64,000 nt of DNA from an uncultured delta proteobacterium (GCA_963790475.1 CAWBOS010000010.1:1760001-1824000); one strand, 5' to 3'; positions 1 to 8,560 are shown, numbered from the stretch's first letter. Translations and numbers: made by a program. The notes: a model not told the origin generated them from the letters alone.

Positions 1-73
1 CGGTGATCTTTTCCTTCCCCAGCCAGCTACAGCACCCTTTAGAAAAAGGAGAGAGATATTTTTATTATTAACC

Positions 74-442
74 ATGCCAAATCCCATTAAAATTATCATC
101 GGACAGACAAATTTAAACGCCGAACTCTTCGATTCTCCCTGTGCCCGGGCCGTTTTCTCTTGCCTACCCATTGAAACCCGGCCCAATGAGTGGGGCGATG
201 AGTTCTATTTTGGGATTCCGGTCAATATGCCTTTGGATGAATCGGCCAACCGGAAAGTGAAGGCCGGGGATATCGGCTATTGGCCGCCGGGCAAAGCCCT
301 GGCCATATTTTTTGGCCCAACCCCGATGAGCACCGGTCCCGATCCGGTCCCAGCCAGCGAGGTCAATCTGGTGGGTCGGATCATCGATGATCCGACCCTC
401 TTAAGGAAAGAAAAAGGCGCCGCCAAGATCAGATTGGGATGA
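74..442 (+). CDS. Cyclophilin-like fold protein (DUF369/TM1367-like)
   Basis: Motifs WGDEFYF and GDIGYWPPGKALAIFFGPTP. Confidence 0.8.
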   Translation: MPNPIKIIIGQTNLNAELFDSPCARAVFSCLPIETRPNEWGDEFYFGIPVNMPLDESANRKVKAGDIGYWPPGKALAIFFGPTPMSTGPDPVPASEVNLVGRIIDDPTLLRKEKGAAKIRLG

Positions 443-504
443 AGAAGGCACTCCGGGATCAAAATCCTTAAGTATAATAGAGAAAATCTCGGGAAAAATC
501 CCTT

Positions 505-1698
505 TTATGGGGTCTGCTCCTTAAAACTTCCCAAGAATTGAACCTGGCCTTTCCCCGTGATCATACTGAATGATACCGGTACAGTCATATGATTCTTGAT
601 ACCATAGGTTTTTTCACCGCCGGCTCGTACCGGAATTTTATGAAAGCTTTTAAATTCCGCGGTCCGGAGCACTTTCAGGATTTCGTCGGGGTCTAAGCTC
701 TGGGCCTTTTCAATGGCCTGCAATAGAATGTGCGGTCCCATGGAATAGGCCAGATCCGTGACTTGAAAATTCGGACAATCCTTCTTAAAATATTTTATAT
801 TCTCCTCACCTATCGGGCTGTCGTCGTCCGGCGAAACCATGATCCCGATATATCCTTTGGAGGCTTCGACTCCGGCAATAGCTTGCCATTTTTCCAAATC
901 CCCCGGCATGGAGCTGGGATTGGTGATGTACCCCTTGTAGCCCAATTCTCGAGATTGTTTTACAACCATGGCCACGGAACCCGGTGGTAGTTTGCAGTAT
1001 ACGAAATCCGGATTGGTCTTTAGGGTCTTGCTTAAAAAGGGATAGAAATCGGTTGTCCCAGGAGGGACCATGAGGAAATCTTTTATTTCCATACCTCTTT
1101 GCTTGGAATGTTTGATGGTATTTTCCTTAACCTGTTTGCCGTCATTGTCATCCGCCAGTACATATAAGACACTTTTAGATTTGAACTTTTCTCTCATTAA
1201 AGTATATAAAGCTTCACTTCTTTCGTCATTACTGGCGGAAACCCTGAAAAGATAAGGCCATTCCGGTTTGGGAACCCATATCGGCCCTCCGATGACAGCC
1301 AGTTTCTTTTCTTTGGTGGACAAAGGAGCCCACCCGGAAATAGATTCGGCACCGAAAGCCCCCACCAGAAAATCAACCTTATCGTTATAGATCAGCTTTT
1401 CACCGGCAGCCCTTCCACCGGCTACGGTATACTTGTCATCGGCAAAAAACATTTCGATCTTATAATTTTGTCCCTTAACCGTAATCCCTCCCCGGTCATT
1501 AAAGAATCGTTTTAAAGATTCCATGCTGCACTTGACACTCAAACCCCACTGTCCGGCCGGACCGGTCAAGGGAATGGGGGCACCCAATTTAAGAATTTTA
1601 CTTTCCGCCCCGGCTTCTTTGAGTCCTCCCACTACCAAGAGAACTGCCAAGGCAACGCCCCCTGCTACTGTCTTAAACCAGAAAATTTTCTTTCTCAT
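505..1698 (-). CDS. ABC transporter substrate-binding protein, branched-chain amino acid (Leu-binding) family
   Basis: Signal peptide MRKKIFW..., motifs PLTGPAGQWG and DDKY. Start moved to ATG 1698, which has a GGAGG RBS; the longer ORF call overlaps the ACAD gene. Confidence 0.85.
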   Translation of the reverse strand: MRKKIFWFKTVAGGVALAVLLVVGGLKEAGAESKILKLGAPIPLTGPAGQWGLSVKCSMESLKRFFNDRGGITVKGQNYKIEMFFADDKYTVAGGRAAGEKLIYNDKVDFLVGAFGAESISGWAPLSTKEKKLAVIGGPIWVPKPEWPYLFRVSASNDERSEALYTLMREKFKSKSVLYVLADDNDGKQVKENTIKHSKQRGMEIKDFLMVPPGTTDFYPFLSKTLKTNPDFVYCKLPPGSVAMVVKQSRELGYKGYITNPSSMPGDLEKWQAIAGVEASKGYIGIMVSPDDDSPIGEENIKYFKKDCPNFQVTDLAYSMGPHILLQAIEKAQSLDPDEILKVLRTAEFKSFHKIPVRAGGEKTYGIKNHMTVPVSFSMITGKGQVQFLGSFKEQTP

Positions 1699-1711
1699 GG
1701 AAAACCTCCTT

Positions 1712-2869
1712 TTACCGTTGATTGAACCGTCGTCCCAGCATGGCCCCGGCGATGTTGATGCGCTGGATTTGAACCGTCCCCCCGGCCAGGGGCCAGCCGC
1801 GGCTGTCGCGCAGCATTCGTTCAATGGGATACTCTTTGGAATAGCCATAACCTCCGAAAACCTGCAGGGCCATGTCCGTAACCTCCTTGGCCATTTCATT
1901 GGAAAAACATTTGGCCACCGAGGATTCGAATACCGAAGGCAATCCGGTACCGGCATTGGTCGCCGCGCGGTAAATGAGCAATCTGGCCGCTTCAACCCTC
2001 ATAGCCATATCGGCCAGGAGGAATTGGATGGCCTGAAATTCGCAAATGGGTTTACCAAAGGCGTTCCGTTCCTGGGCATATTTCTTGGCCGCCTCCAGGG
2101 CTCCCCAGGCAATCCCCAGGGACATGGTGGCATTCCCGCAGCGTTCCACATCAAAGGCCTGCATCAATTTGGCAAAATCACCCTGAGGAATGACCAGATT
2201 CTCCTTGGGCACCAGGCAGTCTTCAAAGATCAGATCGGAGCTGGGCATTCCCTGAAGCCCCATGAACTCCTCCTGCTTCCCGAAGGAAAGACCGGGAGTA
2301 TTTTTTTCAACAACGATGCCGCCGATACCCTTGGCCCCTTTGATCTCATTGAACCGCACATAGACCATATAAAGATCGGAATGTCCCCCCCCGGAAATAA
2401 ATCGTTTTTGCCCGTTCAAAACATAATGCTCTCCCTTGAGCACGGCTTTGGTGCTCAAATCGGTAAGGGCTGATCCGGCCCCCGGCTCGGTCATAGCCAC
2501 GGACATCAGTTTTTCCCCTTTGCAGGCCGGAGGAATAAAACGTTGTTTCTGTTCTTCCGTTCCGAACTGGTCCACTACCCGAATAGGCCCCACGCTGGTT
2601 TCAAAAACAGGGAAGGCGATGATCGGGCTGACCCGGGCCAGTTCTTCAATGGCCAGGACAGCCTCAAAGGCCGTCTGTCCCCCGCCGCCGAAGCGTTCGG
2701 GCAAACAAATGCCCAAGAGACCCATCTCCGCGTACAGGGGCATTACCTTCAGGTCCAGGAACTCTCCCGATTTTTCCAATGCCGGAACCAGCGGAGCCAG
2801 ACGTTGATCGGCAAAATCATGGACCATCTTTTTGAAAATCCGTTGTTCTTCGTTTAGCTGAAAATCCAT
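1712..2869 (-). CDS. Acyl-CoA dehydrogenase
   Basis: Motifs AMTEPGAGS, LNGQKRFIS, QERNAFGKPI, GGYGY. Confidence 0.95.
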   Translation of the reverse strand: MDFQLNEEQRIFKKMVHDFADQRLAPLVPALEKSGEFLDLKVMPLYAEMGLLGICLPERFGGGGQTAFEAVLAIEELARVSPIIAFPVFETSVGPIRVVDQFGTEEQKQRFIPPACKGEKLMSVAMTEPGAGSALTDLSTKAVLKGEHYVLNGQKRFISGGGHSDLYMVYVRFNEIKGAKGIGGIVVEKNTPGLSFGKQEEFMGLQGMPSSDLIFEDCLVPKENLVIPQGDFAKLMQAFDVERCGNATMSLGIAWGALEAAKKYAQERNAFGKPICEFQAIQFLLADMAMRVEAARLLIYRAATNAGTGLPSVFESSVAKCFSNEMAKEVTDMALQVFGGYGYSKEYPIERMLRDSRGWPLAGGTVQIQRINIAGAMLGRRFNQR

Positions 2870-3094
2870 TTTCCTCCTCCTTTCAAAATCCCAATAGGTC
2901 TTTCTACTGATTCAGATTTTATTACAATTTACTAAAATGGGACATCTTCCTTCTACCTGTTAATAAAATGATAGTAAAGAAGATTAAACCACCAATTTGG
3001 CTGGAGTGAACCCGATAGGCGCTGTCTGCCAAGCGTATTATTCAAAACCAATTATAATGAACTTAGGTAGTTACGTTTAGGTGATTTTATATTT

Positions 3095-3154
3095 TATTGA
3101 ATAAGCTGAAACTTCCTGATATTATCCAGAAAACAGTTCAATAATATGTTAGGC
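3095..3154 (+). other. Candidate integron attI site / array start
   Basis: GTTAGGC core at 3148-3154 in AT-rich DNA that does not fold as attC; nearly complementary to the R'' TCCTAAC of the first attC. Confidence 0.5.
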
Positions 3155-3219
3155 GTCCTGTTGGAGGGAACAAGGAAGTGAATGGGGCATGCGAAAATGA
3201 TTATTATAGGGAGAGCGCT

Positions 3220-3654
3220 ATGAACGAATCGAAAGTAGAGAAAAAGGCGTCGGAGCCGTTAGTCGGCAAGGAGCGGGTTCAGATTCTGCTCCACGAATAC
3301 AACGGCCTCCGCAACGAAATCATCCACCGGACGAACAACTTATTCCAGGTTATCGGCGTCGGGGTGATAGTTCTCGGTTGGCTTACGAATAGTCGTGATT
3401 TTGACTGTAAACTTATCATCTCGCTGCTTGTAGGCTTAGTGACACTTGCCTGTCTTCTCTGGTTAATCCATCGCGATATAGACAAGGCCGCGGAAAGATT
3501 GGCAGAGATTGAGGATTATGTGGACAAGGAAACCGGTGAGTGGTATCTGTTGCGGTGGGAGAGGCTGTGGGGCGGACGAAAGACTGGATACTGGTTACGA
3601 GCGCGTCCTTTGCCAGTTCCTCCTCCCAGACCCAAACCGTCAGATGGTGCATGA
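3220..3654 (+). CDS. Integron cassette protein, two-TM membrane hypothetical
   Basis: EYNGLRNEI motif followed by two hydrophobic helices; lies between the GTTAGGC core and an attC. Confidence 0.7.
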   Translation: MNESKVEKKASEPLVGKERVQILLHEYNGLRNEIIHRTNNLFQVIGVGVIVLGWLTNSRDFDCKLIISLLVGLVTLACLLWLIHRDIDKAAERLAEIEDYVDKETGEWYLLRWERLWGGRKTGYWLRARPLPVPPPRPKPSDGA

Positions 3655-3742
3655 ACTGGGCAAAGCGGCCGGAAGGGCGAAGAGGACGTTGGTGAAATAT
3701 TGAAATTTGATGAGGACAACCTATTGATTTGTAATACGAATT

Positions 3743-3803
3743 TCCTAACCAGCGCGTTCAGCGAATCCGCGCCATGCGCTTCTCGCTGACGCCTATGTTA
3801 GGT
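3743..3803 (+). repeat. attC site
   Basis: R'' TCCTAAC, L'' CGTTCAGC, L' GCTGACG, R' GTTAGGT; 61 bp imperfect palindrome with an extra base in L''. Confidence 0.9.
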
Positions 3804-3821
3804 CCTTGATGGATAGCAACC

Positions 3822-4610
3822 GTGCGTCTTGAGATATCGTGTAGCAAATGCTCGGATCAGATCGCCCCCGGTGAATCACGCACCGTTTATTCGCGCATAT
3901 GCTCGGTGTGCAACGACGGAGTCTACGAAATCGAATGTCCGCAGGGGCATCGCACGATAACGGTCCTTCGCACCCCTAAGCATGAGGTACTTTACACCAT
4001 CGGAGCCAATGCCCTTCTAGACGGATATTTCAGAGACGCCATTGCTTCGTTTGCAGGAGCCTTGGAAAGGTATTACGAATTTGCTCTGAGGGTCATCTCA
4101 CGACAAAAGGAGATCGCGCCTGATGCATTGGAGTCTATTTGGAAAGTGATGTCGAGGCAATCAGAAAGGCAATTCGGTGCGTTCATCGTTGTCTGGTTGC
4201 TGGAAACCGGCAAACCGTATACTTCGCTACCGCAAGCACAGATTGATAAGCAAACCACTCTACGAAATGATGTCGTGCATAAAGGGAAGATCCCTACCCT
4301 TAAAGAATGCGTAAAGTATGGTGAGTACGTTTTGGATGTAGTAGCGCCCATCGAGCAGGTGCTACTTGCTAACTACGCCGCAGCACATAAAGACGAGTGT
4401 TTCGCCCACGCCCGGGACGTTAGCAAGGCCAAGTCTTCGCCAATCACTGTGCTAAGTATATTTTCCGTGTTCAATGCTGCACTGCAGAGCGCCCATAAGC
4501 TGGAACCGGCCCTGGCTAGGCTCCGTAAACTTCGGGAGCGTGATGGCTATCCGATCGTTGGGTCAGAGTATTCGAAGAGCCGGGTTGTTACTCATCTAAT
4601 AAAGTCGTGA
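3822..4610 (+). CDS. Integron cassette protein: Zn-ribbon plus HEPN-like domain
   Basis: CSKC, CSVC and CPQGH at the N-terminus; RNDVVH (RxxxxH) motif; flanked by attC sites. Confidence 0.65.
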   Translation: MRLEISCSKCSDQIAPGESRTVYSRICSVCNDGVYEIECPQGHRTITVLRTPKHEVLYTIGANALLDGYFRDAIASFAGALERYYEFALRVISRQKEIAPDALESIWKVMSRQSERQFGAFIVVWLLETGKPYTSLPQAQIDKQTTLRNDVVHKGKIPTLKECVKYGEYVLDVVAPIEQVLLANYAAAHKDECFAHARDVSKAKSSPITVLSIFSVFNAALQSAHKLEPALARLRKLRERDGYPIVGSEYSKSRVVTHLIKS

Positions 4611-4617
4611 CAACATG

Positions 4618-4678
4618 GCCTAACCCATTACTCCAGGGGACGCTCCTATCGTCGCGCCCCTAAGTTCAGGCGTTGCCT
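4618..4678 (+). repeat. attC site
   Basis: R'' GCCTAAC, 5 bp spacer, L'' ACTCCAGG, L' CCTAAGT, 6 bp spacer, GTT. Confidence 0.88.
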
Positions 4679-4807
4679 CTAACGGGTCCATGTCCCGGTC
4701 GGCGCCGCCGCAGCGACACCAACCAGGCCATTGGACACCGATGTCATTCGTTTGCATGGGCCTTCGGCACCGCAAGCTTCGTGCCAGGGGTCAACGCCGC
4801 ATTGGGC
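4672..4807 (+). repeat. ORF-less attC-like unit, copy 1 (ATT core)
   Basis: Aligns with 6381-6515 and 36998-37106; CACCAAC...TTGGAC...cTTCg...GTCAAC...ATTGGGC. Confidence 0.8.
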
Positions 4808-4827
4808 GTATTACAAAGGAGGTATCT

Positions 4828-5196
4828 ATGGGAGATGCTCAGTTTGAGTTCGTATGGCCAGGGCTACCTGTTGCAATCCCAGGACTAATCATTGTTTTAG
4901 TGTTGCCAGCGTGGCTGATGTGGATTGTCTTTAAGCACATGTCGTTTTCAACTTGGAAGAAGGTGTTTCTGGTACCGGTTTGTTTTATTGGTCCTTTCCT
5001 CGTTACGGCATTATGGCCTTTAGCTCTGAAGGTAAGCGGAATCATCGGGTTCACAGGCCCCGGGGACTACCAACCTCCATATGGTTGGTATGCCCAAGAA
5101 TTGTTTGGCCGTTTCAGCGACTACGTTTGGGCGAGCCTCACAGGCTTGGCAATCTTGGGCTTTCGGGGCCTCGTCAAATCGAAAACCAGGCATTAG
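4828..5196 (+). CDS. Integron cassette membrane hypothetical protein
   Basis: AGGAGG RBS then ATG 4828; about three hydrophobic segments. Confidence 0.65.
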   Translation: MGDAQFEFVWPGLPVAIPGLIIVLVLPAWLMWIVFKHMSFSTWKKVFLVPVCFIGPFLVTALWPLALKVSGIIGFTGPGDYQPPYGWYAQELFGRFSDYVWASLTGLAILGFRGLVKSKTRH

Positions 5197-5225
5197 CCAC
5201 CGGTGGCTGAACTCTATCGTTAGCC
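5180..5225 (+). repeat. Degenerate attC site
   Basis: AAC-CAGGC-ATTAGCCACC/GGTGGCTGAAC-TCTATC-GTTAGCC; right arm canonical, left arm eroded. Confidence 0.6.
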
Positions 5226-5299
5226 CTCAATATGGGTAATGGGAATGCTCTTTAATAATTTAATTGGCACCATATTTGTAGGAGATTAATAATCATGAT

Positions 5300-5356
5300 A
5301 TGCCAAGGACAGCAAGATTGATGCTCCCGGCTCTTTTCGCCATGTAACGGGATCGG
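5300..5356 (+). pseudogene. N-terminal remnant of a REP-associated tyrosine transposase (RAYT/Y1)
   Basis: Reads MPRTARL/(D)APGSFRHVTG with one frameshift, matching the MPRxARLDAPGxxHHV start of this family. Confidence 0.6.
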
Positions 5357-5480
5357 ATTTTCTGCGGAGGGGGGAGAATCAATCGAAAAGTGGAATATTA
5401 TGCTTGCAGGTTATGTTAATAAATTTTAAAAGAGCGTCTCGCCTTGATTCCATTGGGAGACACGAGGCTACACAAGACGT

Positions 5481-6326
5481 ATGGGCGATCATTACATTCC
5501 ACAATACTATCTCAGGGGGTTCTGTCGAGGATTTGGTCGCCGGCTGTGGGTGTACGATAAGAAAGAGAACCGTAAATTCCCGACCCAGGTAAAGAGCATT
5601 GCCAATATATGTGGTCTTTACCCGCAGGATCTCGAGAAATACCTTTCGGAGGACATTGAGAATCCTGCGAACCGGGTGCTTGATAAGATCCATAACCGAA
5701 AGCCTCTAACTTCAGATGATAAAATTATCCTTTCGAACTACATTGCAGTGATGTGGAAAAGGGTTCCAGAAGGCAAGACTCGTTTAAAGGAGCGTGCACC
5801 CAAGATTGCCGAAGATTTGCGTACAGCATTGCACCGACAGTTAGATGAGGCTCTCTTAAAAAGCCCCGAAAAGGAAACCATCGCTCAACGCCGAAAAGCA
5901 GAAATTGATGAGATTCTTGATAGATTCTCCTGTGATCCTCCAGAAGAAATCTGGCACAACGTAATACCTATTGACCGAACGCCTCGAATGGCTCAGAGTA
6001 TTGCCACGATGACATGGCAGTTCATTACATTTGATGAAAAGCCCGTCTTCCTAACAGGAGACAACCCTGTATTCTATTTTCGTTCTCTTGGAATTGGGAA
6101 GATCGAATCTGAGTTGTCTTTTCCTGTTTCTAGCTATGTGACCCTCTGGGCAACCCGAAGGATTGATCTCCCAGAAGGTTATTTCCCCACAAGTATGGCA
6201 ATCGTTAAAGAAATGAACCGCAGAATAGCAAGTATTTCTACGAGGTATGTCTTTCATGCAGAAGAAGAGGATTGGATTCTCCACTTCCTTGCAAAGAAGA
6301 ACTGGAAGCTCAATAGAGTTGTATAA
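5481..6326 (+). CDS. DUF4238 domain protein
   Basis: Motifs HYIPQYYLRGF, FLTGDNPV, FPVS. Confidence 0.8.
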   Translation: MGDHYIPQYYLRGFCRGFGRRLWVYDKKENRKFPTQVKSIANICGLYPQDLEKYLSEDIENPANRVLDKIHNRKPLTSDDKIILSNYIAVMWKRVPEGKTRLKERAPKIAEDLRTALHRQLDEALLKSPEKETIAQRRKAEIDEILDRFSCDPPEEIWHNVIPIDRTPRMAQSIATMTWQFITFDEKPVFLTGDNPVFYFRSLGIGKIESELSFPVSSYVTLWATRRIDLPEGYFPTSMAIVKEMNRRIASISTRYVFHAEEEDWILHFLAKKNWKLNRVV

Positions 6327-6380
6327 GGTACTTCCAAAGGAAAGATAGGTGGCGACAACATCGTCGTTCGCCGATGCGGG

Positions 6381-6515
6381 GTTGTCCTACCGGGTTCATC
6401 CCCCGGTCGGCACCAGAGCATCTGCACCATCCTGGCATTGGATACCAATATCACTTGTTTGCATGGGTTCTTCGGCCAAAAAAGCTTCGTGCTAAGGGTC
6501 AACGCCGTATTAGCC
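6381..6515 (+). repeat. ORF-less attC-like unit, copy 2 (ATT core)
   Basis: Colinear with 4672-4807; begins at the GTT of a short CGACAAC...GTTGTCC palindrome (6353-6387). Confidence 0.78.
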
Positions 6516-6633
6516 GTCTTGATTTACCGAGGAGAGATGCACAGCTCGGGGGAGAAATGTTCTGCCCGGACCATCTTGCTTCCAAGACAGGGCGCTCATC
6601 TTTGCATTCGGTTCAATCATTCGGAGGTATGTA

Positions 6634-6918
6634 ATGCTGTTCATGGTCATTGAACGTTTCAAAGACAACGACATGGTGCCCATCTATCGGCAGGTGCGGG
6701 ATGGATCAAGGCTTCTTCCCGGCGGGTTAAAGTACATCGATAGCTGGGTCGAGCCAAACTTCAGCCGATGCTTTCAGCTCATGGAGTGCGACGACGTTCG
6801 CCTCTTTCAGCAATGGGTGCTCGAATGGCGCGGATTCGGCGTGACCATAGAGATAGTTCCTGTTGTCGGCAGCGCAGATACGCAGGCCGTCGTGGCGCCT
6901 TACCTCGACAAAACGTGA
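6634..6918 (+). CDS. DUF3303 family protein
   Basis: MLFMVIERF...YIDSWVEPNFSRCFQLMECDD...EIVPV; GGAGG RBS. Confidence 0.8.
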   Translation: MLFMVIERFKDNDMVPIYRQVRDGSRLLPGGLKYIDSWVEPNFSRCFQLMECDDVRLFQQWVLEWRGFGVTIEIVPVVGSADTQAVVAPYLDKT

Positions 6919-6991
6919 AACCGGTCGCCGTATTGCTCTCGGCATTGGGTAATGGAAAATCTCTTTAATAATTCAATAGGAATAACCATAT

Positions 6992-8317
6992 ATGAACCCT
7001 ATCTGTATTGTAGACGATGAATCTTTCATCTGTTCCACAGTAGCGAGCATCCTGAAAGACGAGGGGTATCAGGCCATCGTATTTCCTGACGCAGAGAGCT
7101 TCTGGCAGGGGCTCGATACAATGGAGCCCTCTCTCGCCCTGCTGGATATCTGGCTCCCGGGCATAGATGGAATGCAACTCCTGAAAAATCTGCATGGCCG
7201 ATTCCCGGCACTCCCCATTATCATGATGAGCGGACATGCCGGCATCGAGACGGCGGTAGCCGCGATAAAGGCCGGTGCCTACGATTTTCTGGAAAAACCG
7301 CTGCATCTGGAGGTTTTACTCGACAAGGTGAAGTCTGCCCTTAATCATCGATCTTCCGGGGGCGGCGCAACCCTGCCTTCGGATACGAGGCTTGAGATCG
7401 CCAGTGCGGACCTTTTGATGCCTCCCGGCATGGTGGAGGTAGTGAATTCACCCCAACCTCAACGCGCCCTCAGGGGGAATGTTGTCCTTAACGGTATAGG
7501 GCTTATGAGCGGCCGGAACACAGGTATCATCCTGAGTCCCCTGGGAATAGACGAAGGGATCGTCTTTCAAACTCTTGACGGTCAAACCATCCGTGGACAT
7601 ATCACCTCCCTGGGGAATTTTTCCCAAACGGTCTCATCGAAGACCTTCTCTGCCAACTCCACCACCCTGGACAACGGCAGGCAGCGGGTGCGCACGGTTG
7701 AACACCTGATGGCGGCTCTTTCCATGTTCGGCATAACCAACGTGCTCATAAAGGTCGACGACGAAGTACCGAACATTGACGGCTCCGCCAAGGACTTCAG
7801 CGACCTCATAGCACAGGCAGGGATAGAGGAACAGCCAGCCTTCACCAGGGTCGCTGTCATCCGCCAGAAGCTCGGAGTGGGCAGCGAGGAGAGGCAAGAA
7901 AAGCATCTCTATGCGGAGCCCTTTGAAGGGTTTGAAATATCAATGAGGGTTGACTACCCTCCACCCATAGGGGAACAGATTCTCACTTTCAATCCTGAAA
8001 AAGGATCTTTTGCCAATGATATAGCCCCTGCCCGCTCATTCAACACCTTTGAGAATATCGAAATGGCCCAGAAGCTGGGAAAGGTCGGTGGCGGGTATCT
8101 CCATTCCCACATCATCATGTACGACGGCAAGGTCATCAATACGGAACTCCGTTATCCCGACGAATTCGTGCGTCACAAGATATTGGACCTGATCGGAGAC
8201 CTCTACCTCCTCGGTTTCTCCATCAGAGGACGCATTACGGCCAACATGACCTCTCACGGTTACAATCAGGCCCTGGTGGAACGCTTATACCAGGCTATTC
8301 AGAGCAGCTCCAAATGA
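6992..8317 (+). CDS. lpxC: Response-regulator receiver domain fused to UDP-3-O-acyl-GlcNAc deacetylase (REC-LpxC)
   Basis: REC motifs IVDDE, LDIWLP, FLEKP; LpxC motifs TVEHLMAAL, PNIDGSA, IAPARSF, DEFVRHKILDLIGDL. Confidence 0.88.
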   Translation: MNPICIVDDESFICSTVASILKDEGYQAIVFPDAESFWQGLDTMEPSLALLDIWLPGIDGMQLLKNLHGRFPALPIIMMSGHAGIETAVAAIKAGAYDFLEKPLHLEVLLDKVKSALNHRSSGGGATLPSDTRLEIASADLLMPPGMVEVVNSPQPQRALRGNVVLNGIGLMSGRNTGIILSPLGIDEGIVFQTLDGQTIRGHITSLGNFSQTVSSKTFSANSTTLDNGRQRVRTVEHLMAALSMFGITNVLIKVDDEVPNIDGSAKDFSDLIAQAGIEEQPAFTRVAVIRQKLGVGSEERQEKHLYAEPFEGFEISMRVDYPPPIGEQILTFNPEKGSFANDIAPARSFNTFENIEMAQKLGKVGGGYLHSHIIMYDGKVINTELRYPDEFVRHKILDLIGDLYLLGFSIRGRITANMTSHGYNQALVERLYQAIQSSSK

Positions 8318-8370
8318 AGGCGATAAAAGAACTTAATCGGAAATATGCGGCAGGATCTTACAGCTAGGAA

Positions 8371-8560
8371 ATGAATCGGTCCATTGTGCATGTGGCGATA
8401 GTGGTTGAAGACTACGACGAGGCAATCGACTTTTATACCACGAAGCTGGGTTTCGAGCTGATTGAGGACACCTACATCCCGAAACAGAACAAACGTTGGG
8501 TATTGGTTTGAGGACCTGTATGGTAACCTCTGGGATCTGTTGGAGCACAAGGACGGACAC
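8371..8560 (+). pseudogene. VOC/glyoxalase family gene with internal deletion
   Basis: N-terminus HVAIVVEDYDEAIDFYTTKLGFELIED...KRWVLV joined out of frame to C-terminus FEDLYGNLWDLLE. Confidence 0.75.

Noticed and set aside
1699-1995. N-terminal extension of the 496-aa ORF
   Set aside because: It overlaps the ACAD gene out of frame; the RBS and signal peptide place the start at 1698.
1523-2473. 316-aa plus-strand ORF (and a similar one at 14582-15298)
   Set aside because: Antisense shadows of well-supported enzymes.
4675-4705. Twister ribozyme-like wording (TAAC...GGGTCC...CCCGG)
   Set aside because: No P2 stem or pseudoknot partners; the attC-type explanation fits better.
4673-4888. Short ORFs reading through the attC-like units (TNQAIGHRCH peptides, also at 6374 and 36848)
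   Set aside because: Indels between copies break the frames; the conservation is structural, not coding.
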